DNA of 64,000 nt from Callorhinchus milii (lineage: Eukaryota). Positions 54,200 to 64,000 of this stretch are shown one piece after another. The notes beneath the pieces are model-generated. The model made no database searches. It saw only the letters and a program-made list of their open reading frames with translations, and had not been told where the DNA came from. Each line of letters starts with the position of its first letter. Positions within the stretch are counted from its first letter, which is position 1. Both the position numbers and the translations under genes were made by a program. The stretch lies in assembly GCF_018977255.1 (NCBI RefSeq), contig NW_024704742.1, positions 25,298,001 through 25,362,000 of the forward strand, given 5' to 3'.

Positions 54200-54484
54200 T
54201 CTTGTTACAAAGTAACACTGATTTAAAACCCATGTAATATGTCCTTCACCACTCTTATTTTTAATTCACTGGCTACTTAGAAAGATTCAACCTGTAATCC
54301 TATCCTCACTGAACATTGGTCTGACATCTTCTAGTTGACTCGTACTTACATTCTTAGTGAGGTGACAAAGATATGAAAAGAGGACTTGCATTTTTATGGT
54401 GTTTTCACTATAAAGGACCTTGTGGGTTACTACTGTCAAATGACCTTTTTTGTCTCACCAAATAATCACATACACATACACAAC

Positions 54485-54672
54485 TAGCATATTTACTAGA
54501 ATGTAGGGCATGCTTTTTTCATTAAAAAAGTACCTGCAAAATCAGGCTGTGCCTTAGAATTGATGGCATCTTAGAATTGAGTTAAAGTTATTTATTCCCG
54601 CAATGCTCTAAAATCTATCTGGGCCATCTTAAAATCTATTCAGGGCCACCTTAGAATTGAGTAAATACGGTA
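54485..54672. mobile_element. MITE with Tc1/mariner(pogo)-like terminal inverted repeats
   Basis: Left ta-gcatatttactagaatgtagg versus right ccttagaattgagtaaatacgg-ta; a second terminal fragment in opposite orientation at ~56432-56505. Confidence 0.6.
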
Positions 54673-55714
54673 CATTGGTGAATATGGTCTGTTCAAGATT
54701 GAAGTTAAAGATCCCATGGCAATATTTGAAAAGAGAAGGGATTTCTCCTAGTGCCCTAGGCCATTGCCGCAAATAAAATTGGTCGTTCACTTCACGGCTA
54801 TTTGTGGGACATTACTGTATGCAAATTGGCTGCCACATTCTCCTACAAAATACACAGTCACTATATTTTCCAGCATATTCTGTGAAGTGTTTTGAGATGT
54901 CCTCCCAATGTGAAAAGGCACTATATGAAACGCAAGGATTATCATTATTTTTATAGTCTATGGGAGAAATAAATATATCCGTAAATTACCAACAAGTACA
55001 ATGGCTTTAGTATTTCATGGGGATTGAGAGGCCCTTTACAAAACAATCTCAATCACAACAGGGAAATTGTACTGAATCAATTGAAATTAAAAGCAGGCAT
55101 TTTCTTTTTATCTCTTGTATTATTTTAGTTCCTTAGTAGAAAAGGTGGGGGAAAGGGGATTAGAGAGATTACAAGAAAGTTTCTTGTGATCGCTCTACTC
55201 TGGAAGAAGAGATCAAATGGGCCAAAGAGCCTTCTGGCCTTCTGATCTCATCCTTATAGAATACACATCCTACTGTCCTCCCATTACAGCATCAAGCTAT
55301 TTATTTAGTGAGTCCAGTATTCTGACAAAACGCTGCCCTGAACTAATAAATTGGCAAAGCAGCCTGATTGAGCTGAGCAGTCTTCTTTTTTTAAACCATA
55401 TTACATAAACTATATAGCACAGAAACTGAACTATATAGATTATACAGCACAGAAGCTGAACTATATAGCCTGTACAGCACAGAAACAGAACGGCATAGAC
55501 TGTATACCATAAAAAAAGATCATTTGTCCCAAATAGTCCATGCCAGTGCTTATACACCACACGAGTCTCCATCCCCCTATCTACTAATCCCTAATCCTCT
55601 CTCTCATACCCCTATATTCCCTTCTCCCTCATGCTCCCCAAAAAATGAAATTGTATATAAATATGCTCTAGTTAAGATTGTGCGGTTCCTTTTAGGAGAA
55701 TGGATTCTGAGATG

Positions 55715-56068
55715 TCAAACAGGGACATTTCGGCATGATGTACAGGTTTTGCGATGAACCCACATTTGAGCATGTAACATGGCTGTTTGAGCGGACAATT
55801 CATTTTGCCGTGCTCTTGTAGTTGTTTCAACATTCAAGTCTAGCCGCGCTATTCTTTGAGCAGGCAATTCATTTTGCCATGTTGTTGCAGTTGTTTCAGT
55901 ATTCAAGTCCAGCTGTGCTGTTCTTCGTTCTTCAGTTTCGTTTAATCGGCCTTCTCTCTTTTGTCTTGCATTTGTATTTGTCCCAGAAAGGCTTGATATG
56001 TGCTTCTTAGACATCGTCCCTTAAGATTAAGAAAATGTGCTATTGGGAGGACTCCTGTTGGTAGGACT
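55715..56068 (-). mobile_element. Helitron fragment encoding a RepHel-like N-terminus with 23-aa repeats
   Basis: MSKKHISSLSG...RLNETEERRTAQLDL..; DNA homologous to 60050-60240. Confidence 0.6.
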
Positions 56069-56659
56069 ATAGCCCCCATGACAACCTGAAAAAAACTGCC
56101 ATACATTTATTGCAGAATATATTAGTATAATGTATTTCTTTAGATGGGTGTGTGCTTTGCTCTGTCACTACTTTCTTGCAGAATACCATGCATACCTCAT
56201 ATTTTGGGGCTTAATTAAAGCATTTTTTAAATATAGCTCATCAATGATCAGAGATCCCTGAAAAAACAAAATGCCCATCACATTCCCCCATGCAACACCT
56301 TTCCGATGAGGTATAAATCATGTCTCGGTTATTGAGTTATTAGCAGAAACACAGAGACACAGACTCTTTACCAGTATAGATTATAAGAATGATGATAATA
56401 ATTATATAATGATGATAATAACAAGTACTGTTTCAAGGCACAACCTGATTTTGAAGATAAATGGTTCTGAAAAGAAACACAGCTTAGAATTGAGTAAATA
56501 CAGTAAACAGTTTTGTATTTGAAATAATTGGGATTGAATGAACCGAAGACCACATTGTTAGAAGCAAATTACGTTGTCACAAGCTCATGCCCAGTTGTTA
56601 ACTCATGTTACTTACATGACCCAACATATGTTAATTACTCTGAACTCCATTTACTTATA

Positions 56660-56985
56660 ATAATAGTCATAATCCTTGCATTTAATATAGCGTCTTATCG
56701 TGTCTTCGAGACGTGTCAAAGCGTTTCACAGAATATACTGTAAAGTGAATTGACTGTATATTTTGTGGACGAAATGCAGCAGCCAATTGCATACAGCAGT
56801 GCCCCACAAACAGTCGTGGATTGAAGTGACCAATTTATTATTACTTTTTATTTTTTTGACGGAATATTACCCCCGGAAAAGTGATCCACCAATCGACTAA
56901 CAACCGGGTTCCTACTTATTGCTCGGTAAACAGAGGGTTGTGAAGTAAGGAAACTTGTCCAACATTTTGCTCTGACTGGATGTTG
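56660..56985 (-). mobile_element. SINE subfamily A', 5'-truncated
   Basis: Tail, Deu core and the A'-specific block; tRNA head mostly missing. Confidence 0.85.
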
Positions 56986-57368
56986 ATCCATGTTTTCAAG
57001 TCAGGCCCACTATGTAATAGGACTTGGCTTTCCTCAATTTTTGTTTTGTTTACCAGAAGAGAGAGAACTCACAGATTTGTATCCTTCAAATATTTCCCAA
57101 CAGCATGTTTATATTCTGGAGCCTGTTGCGGGCCAGATTGTAGATTCTGATACATGACCAGTGCTCTCCCCAACTCTGACTTGGTAACATTTCCACTCGA
57201 GGCAAAAGGATTTAAACAACAGCTATGTGTACATTAGAGGTCTTGGCTTGCATGGGTGCAGTTTATGACTGTTCTACAACAACTATTTTCTCTACTGGGG
57301 AAGCTCTGTACAGTGAGTGGTTCTGTAACCATAACTCCCTGTACAGACATCAAGAGCTTTAGCCAGTT

Positions 57369-57468
57369 GTGATGAAGGGTCGTGGACCCAAAACGTTGAC
57401 TCACTTTCCTTTCTTCATAGATGCTGCCTGACCTGCTGAGTGTTCCCAGCGACTTCTGTTTTTGTTTA
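57369..57468 (+). mobile_element. Penelope-type terminal fragment with a degenerate hammerhead ribozyme core
   Basis: gtgatgaa-gggtc-gtg-gaccc-aaaacgtt followed by agatgctgcctgacctgctgag. Confidence 0.6.
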
Positions 57469-59579
57469 AGAGCTTTAGTCACTGGGTTTGGAGACAGACA
57501 GATTTTTTTGCAAGTTTGCCCAGATGTTGGGCATTTATACTGTTAAGCAGGTTGTGGTGGAACTATTACAGTATTAGACATATGACTGAAAACCACCAGC
57601 TTCTAAACGCAGTACAGCTTCTAAAGTTTCTAAACACAGTACAGCTAATGCATAGCTCAATAATAACAGCATTTGCACCTGGTATACAGCCTAAATGTTA
57701 AAACATCTCAAAACTCTTCATGGATAATCACTGTCAAGTGATTGTCAGCTCTTCACTGTCAAGTGTAATGACTTGTATTCGTAGATATTTCTGGATATAA
57801 AGAACAACCGTTAACTCAAACACTTCAATGGGCTAAAAAATAAAATCCTGTCTGATTTCGCAAGCCTTTTTGAGCCTTGCCTGAAAAGGGTTGGGACTGT
57901 GTCACGATAGGTAATAGAAACAGAAATTATTTATTTTTCCCGCTGTTTCTATTAGCTGTTGGATAGACTAGTAGAAGGATTCCCTTATGAAAATCAATAC
58001 AACAACAACCTGCATTTGCATAGTGCCCTTCAAACGGGGTAAGGTCTCGCAGCACAATAGGCACAGATTGGGGGAGGCTCTTACATAAAATCCTAGAATG
58101 TTATCACATAGAAACAGGTCATTTATCCCATCAAGTTTATGCTGCCTCCACATGGGGTGCCTCATCTAATCCATTCTCCTGCTCATACCGTGAGTGACAG
58201 ATGAAGCAGATGACTGAATCTCAGAAGGAGTTGTTGATTCAGGTTTGAGAACAGTAAGATAATTGCAGAACAAATTGATGACTTGAACATAATCAAAGGA
58301 TTTTTTGACGTCTCCAAATAGTAAACATCCAACAGGTTTCCTGCAAAGAACTCTCAGAAATTTGTAGAATATCATTCCCCGCCCCCACTCTACATATATC
58401 AATGGAAGATTCCCAAAGAACCCTGATCCCAAAAGCTGAAAGCCCAGTAAGGTCATGGGCCATTGTAGTTTACTTGTGAAGTTATTAAATCAGGCTACAG
58501 ATATTGGAAACCACGAAGGAATTAGATTTTATACAACGAAAAATGAATTTCCACAGATGCCAATTTATCTGCAGAGCATCTAGTGAAGCATAGAAATTTT
58601 AACAAGGTCAGAGCTGTACTTAGGGAGGCTAAACTGCAGCATCACATGCTCTGCACTGTGAGACTGAAGAGATTATATTCAAGGGCAACCAAGTTATCTT
58701 CTACTTCAGAGATTTCAGCAAAGAACGTGACCTGGAAATGCCCAAGCACTGAAGCAAGATGGGTGGAGGCTCAAGGTGACTGAGGCTGGGTCAAAAGCAA
58801 CTGAATAAACTAACACAGAGTGACAGGAGCCTGTGGGGGGAAAAGGAACAAGGTGGCAGAAATAGACAATGGTCTGATTTAAAAATTCTAGTGGGAGAGT
58901 CAGAAAGAGGCAAATAAATGGACTGAAATAGAAACTTAAGTTGTATTTATTAATAAGAATCTTTAGATTTGCTATAGCAACTTGCATGTCAGAAGGATGT
59001 CTCAAAGTGCTTCACAGGACTTACTACAAAATGGTATTGACTGTGTGTTTTGTAATAATAATGAACCTTATTTTGCCAACCTTCGAAAGAGATGTTAAAT
59101 TGAGGTCTCATTTGCCTGTTCTGGTGGATGCGCCTTTCATGTCAGAAGTAGTTCATGTTCTGTCTTTTATGTCTCACATCTCAAAGAGCTTCACAAAATA
59201 TCCTGTGAAGTGAAATGCCTGTGTGTTTTGTGGGTGAAAACACAGCCAATTTGCACACAGCAGTATCCCACAAACAACCATGATCTTCTGACATAAAGGG
59301 AGACTGAGACTGAGGGACTGTTAGCCAGAAAACTGGGAGAAACTCCCTTCTCTTTTCGAATTTTCAAATAGCACAATACTTTCTTTTAGTTATAGAACTT
59401 TCTTCTCATGCTTTACATTCAAAAAATGCAAAGCAGTTATGCAGTCAGTAGTTTTCTTATTCCAGTATTCTTCATTTATTTTGATATGACTTCAGATCTT
59501 AAATTGCCTGGAGAGCTATTTGAATATTGCTGCACCGATGCTCCAATGGCTTTTCAGGTTTATAAAAAAATAATACTAA

Positions 59580-60272
59580 TCTATACTAATAAAAACAAAA
59601 CGTTTGTGTGCCTGTCCGCCAAGAATGCAATAACCGATTGACATAGAGATATGATTTATACATCATTGGAAAGGTCTTGCATGGGGGAGTGTCGTGGCAT
59701 ATGTTTTTCTAATAAAGATGAAATGTCTCTTTGTGTGTCTGTAACGCAATAACCGATTGACGCAGAGACATGATTTATGATTTAGTGTCATGGACATATT
59801 TTTTGGGGGGATTCTCCTATTGTGACATAAACAAGCTCATCCCGCATGTATGGACTCCAATAAGGAGACCTCCCAACACAAGTCCACCCAACAGGGATTC
59901 TCCCACAGGCGTCCTACCAACAGGTGTCCTTCCAACAAAGAGTCCTCCCTACAGGAGTCCTCCGAACAAGGAGCCTTCCCAACAGAAGTCCTCGCACTAA
60001 GTCTTCCCACTGAGTCCTCCCAACAGGAGTCCTCCCACTGAATCCTCCCAACAGGAGTCCTCCCACAGGAGTCCTCCCAAAAGGATATGGGTGCAACTAT
60101 GTGAATAAGGTATTCTAACAAATTCAATTGCACATTTTCTTAATCTTAAGGGATAAAGATGCCTAAGAAGCGAAGATCAAGCCTTTCAAGGGCAAATAAA
60201 AATGGCAGCTGAAAGAGAGAAGGCTGATTAAATGAAATTGGTTGCAAACATAGCTGCAATGGGTACAGCTAG
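59580..60272 (+). mobile_element. Non-autonomous Helitron with internal ~16-bp minisatellite
   Basis: 5' A|TCTATACTAATA, duplicated 5' block, (ggagtcctcccaacag)n at ~59862-60082, decayed ORF start MPKKRRSSLS, 3' gggtacagCTAG. Confidence 0.65.
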
Positions 60273-60673
60273 CTTATTTATAATGGGTTAGTTTCTGTCT
60301 CCTTCCTGCTTACACTAATAATGTTCTAAGCCTCACGTATGTTTCAATACAGAACTTAATTGAAGATCTAAAGGTCTTTTAATTCAATATTTATTGCAAG
60401 AAAAAAAATAAGATCAGAGTGCCTTAATTTTACACTGAGACTCATTATGTGTCCACAGGCGGCCTAGATAAAACTACTCAATTAATCAATGTACCTGTTG
60501 ATTGCTCGCCTCGGCTACATACCAGGAAATTGAGCCAAGCTGGATACAAAACATTAAAGTGACCCACATTGTCAACTTTGGGATTAATTTAAATTTACCC
60601 AACATTAACCACTTCCATCTCAGTCTAGACAAACAGAAAAGTGTCAGTAATATTAATAATCCTTGCATTTGAT

Positions 60674-61106
60674 CATAGAATTAAACAATTATACAACACA
60701 GAAGGAGGCCATTTGGCCCATTGTGTCTGTTCCAGCTCTTTGAAAAGAGCTATCTAAATCAATCCCACTCCCCCACTCTCTCCCCACAGTCTTGCAAACT
60801 TGTCTTCCCTAAATAATTATCTACTTCGCTCTTAAAAGTTGTTATCGAATCGGCTTCCACCACCCTTTCACGCAATGCATTTCAGATCCCAACAACTTGC
60901 TGCGTGAAAAAAAATTTCCTCACCTCCCCTCTGTTTCTTTTAACAACTATTTTAGCCAGTGGAAATAGTTTCTCCTTGTTCACCCTATTGAATCCCCTCA
61001 TAATTTTGAACACCTCTATTGAATCTCTCCTGAACTTCTCTGCTCCTAGCTTCTCTAGACTCCCCTTTGGACCCTTTCTAATACCTTGATATCCTTCCTA
61101 AAGTGC
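60674..61106 (-). mobile_element. CR1 3' end inserted in a minus-strand SINE tail
   Basis: catagaa..acaacacagaaggaggccatttggcc CR1 end; host ccttgcatttgat resumes as gatatagcgccttatc. Confidence 0.75.
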
Positions 61107-61201
61107 GATATAGCGCCTTATCATGTCAATGAGACACCTCAAAGCACAGAATATACTGTGAAGTGAATTGACTGTCTATTTTGTGGGTGAAATGATAGTG
61201 T

Positions 61202-61815
61202 ATCAGTCTGGCTCAATCGGTAGCAATTTCACCTGAGTCAGAGGTAGTGGGTTCAAAACAAAACAAAAAAAATAATAAATTGGTCATTTTCAATCCACGA
61301 CTGTTTGTGAGACACTGCTGTGCGCAATTGGCTGCCACGTTTCGCCCACAAATATACAGTCACTTAACTTTACAGCATATTCTGTGAAGTGCTTTGCGGT
61401 GTCTAGAAGACGTGAAAAGCGCGATATCAAATGCAAAGATTATTATTATTATTATTGTTATTTGAGCTCACAGTCTAGGCTAATGCTCCACTGCAATGCC
61501 AGTAAAAGTGCTGCATTGTCAGAGGTAGGTATCCTGTGAATGAGACATAAAACTGAAGTCTAGTCTGCTGTTAAAGTAGATGTTAAAGATCCCATGGTGG
61601 TACTCAAAATAGAAGGGATTTCTCTAGTGTCCTGGTCGACGATCCCCCAGGTAAAGTTGGTCATTCATTTCATGGCTGTTTGTGGGATATTGCTGGGTGC
61701 AAATTGGCTTCTGAGTTTGCCTACACAATCACTATACTTTAGTGAAAAATCCTGTGAAGCACTTTGAGGCATCTCAATGATGTGATAATGTGGTACATCA
61801 AATGGAAGGATTATA
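61202..61815 (+). mobile_element. Deu-SINE B hosting a 5'-truncated A-type copy (~61257-61457)
   Basis: B head ends gggttcaa, then the A 3' half with (tta)n, then B resumes ttgagctcacagtctaggc. Confidence 0.78.
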
Positions 61816-62308
61816 GTATCCCATAGTTAGACAAAGGGACCGAATAATCCACACAACACTACTGTATTACATATCCCACAGTTGTGTTGCCCCTGTTATG
61901 GACTGTTAGGCAGAATTGGGCAGAATATGTAATTGAGAGTCAGAGTAAGTTGCTATCAAAAATGCAAGCACTTTCTTACCCTGTAATAAAATGATAGTGA
62001 TAATGCCAGTTCACCATATTAAAACTGCCATTCTGCGCTCCACCACCAACTGATCCTGCCTTGGGACTCAAGGTAAACAATATGATCTACAGTGTGCTAT
62101 GAGAGCATGGAATGCTTTGGCACAAGTGCCTCTTGAAGCTACATTTAAAGTAGAACGTTTAAAAGGGAACCCAAAAGGTATTTGAAGAGCAATATTCAAA
62201 AAGACCCGGGGAAAGAGTAGAGAATTAGGATTAGAATGGATACTCCAGTGAAGGAGCAAGCAGCAACATAGTGCATACTACAGTACATTCTATAAATATA
62301 TATATTAA

Positions 62309-62548
62309 CTGGTCGTTAGTTGATTGGTGGATCGCTTTCCGGGGGTAAAAATCCCTTAAAAAAATAATAATAATAATTTGGTCACTCATTCCAGTTTGTG
62401 GGGCACTACTGTATGTAATTGGCTGCCTGCGGTTCGCCCACAAAAATACAGAGTCAATTCACTTTACAGTATATTCTGTGAAGCGCTTTGAGATGTCTCA
62501 ATGAAGTGATAAGGCGCTATAACAAATGCAAGGATTACTATTATTATT
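62309..62548 (+). mobile_element. SINE subfamily A', 5'-truncated
   Basis: A'-specific block, partial Deu core and tail. Confidence 0.8.
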
Positions 62549-64000
62549 CAGTGGCACAGCGACACTACTGACTTAAAATCTAAATGAAGAGGAAACAATA
62601 GCAGTTGGAGACCTCTGAGCCTGATGATCTCTTGACGACCTTTTTTTCATGAAATATTTTTTAATGCTGCATGTTGAACAGGGACACTTCACGCCTGCCG
62701 TTTTCAGTTTCCCGGCAATGTGTGAGGACAGGCCCTCCCCCGCAGCTCTGATATGGGCTCGGCAGCAGAAAGACATTTTAGTTCTGTTCCTGAATAACAG
62801 TTTTGGTACAGAACAGCATTTCACACTGCTTTATACAATCAAATTAGTGCAGGGAGCTCTGTTGAAATCAGATCAGATCAGAAATACACTGTATATGTTA
62901 CTGAAGCCAAGGTGTCTAGGATACCATTATCCCCAACATTCACAAATATAATTGTCTAGGATACCGTTATCTCCAACGTCCACAAAAAAATTGAAACAGC
63001 AAAGCTTGCACCTGAAAGCAGAGCTACAACTTTACTGGATGTTATTTTCTCTGGAAAGGTGCCAGGGCAATCATTACATTTTGTGCTGCCAGAGCTAATC
63101 CCATCCTTCACAACAAAGCAAAATTGGTTTAGATGAAGAAGGCCCTTCGGCCCATCCAATCTCATCCCTTCACAACACCCACCCTACCATGCCCCCATCA
63201 CATAAAGCTGCCTTTTAAATGTGAATCCAACACCCTGGCCTCAACCACCATATCACCCTGACTATCAGGACACCATTTGGGTGATAAGGTCATAACCCCT
63301 CAATTGAATTCTTCACCAAATAACTATTCAATTCCCTCTTGAATTTGCTGATACAATATTCCCTCTTGTCCCCCAGAACATCTCTTCCTCACACTGGTGT
63401 AAAGTCTCTGTGTAAAAGATTTTTTGCCAGGTATCTTCTGTGTATGTCTTCTATGTATGTGTCGGGTTAGAATTTACTGTATTTGACTAAAAGCATATGT
63501 CTTTTTGTTGGGGTTGAACCTATATTATCTTCTAATTCAGAGATGAGAGTGCATCCAATTGGTCCAAACTACACAGTAAGGTAGAAGATCAAGAATGAGA
63601 TCTGAGTGTAATAGTTGGCTATTAAAAGCATCAGAATGTATACAATTGGTTACAAAATAAAATGATATATGAATGTCTCCAGTACATTCACACGTGTTAA
63701 AAGTTGTTAGTGAGAAAAAGGTGATTTCAGATCCTGCAGTATACAGTATCTCCCAGGTATCTTTTCAGTGCTTCAGAATATTAGCTGCCGTATGTCTAGG
63801 TTTATTTTTACAGGAGGACTCTGTCTTCCTATAGAAATCTGTGCTCATACCCAGTATTAGAAATAGCTTTGTACAGATGTAGCTTGCTTCTTATTGGCTG
63901 CATATATTTGAAAGGAAACTGTACTTGTCTCAACCCCTGCAAGACCCTTTACTAAAATGCTCCCACTATTATCTCCAGCAATTTGATCTATTACCAGCAG

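Noticed and set aside
59837..60133. Repetitive ORFs or a CRISPR-like array
   Set aside because: It is a ~16-bp minisatellite with no unique spacers, in eukaryotic DNA inside the Helitron-like element.
63812..63834. Final SLC2A9 exon after tttattttacag-like acceptor
   Set aside because: Stop after 6 codons and no similarity to TM12; the last exon is probably beyond the window.

Overview
Vertebrate genomic DNA, almost entirely intronic. The repeat repertoire (Deu-domain tRNA-SINEs with L2-type tails, L2, CR1, Penelope-type fragments) points to a cartilaginous fish, possibly a chimaera; this is inference. The only gene seen is the middle-to-3' part of an SLC2A9/GLUT9 (urate/hexose transporter) homolog on the + strand. 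It has five GT-AG exons of 188, 111, 102, 76 and 128 nt at 9735, 13723, 29752, 30580 and 53520, which splice into one open frame; the upstream exons and the last exon were not found in the window. The introns hold three related SINE subfamilies, many L2/CR1 fragments with nested insertions, two Helitron pieces, a Tc1/mariner-type MITE, a decayed Penelope-type hammerhead, several long hairpins and about 8 copies of an unclassified, hairpin-rich ~0.55 kb retroposon-like repeat. I see no convincing new biological system. The best leads are the unclassified repeat, the Helitron pieces, the SINE subfamily series and a 32-bp hairpin. Repeat boundaries were read by eye and are approximate; exon boundaries are exact.
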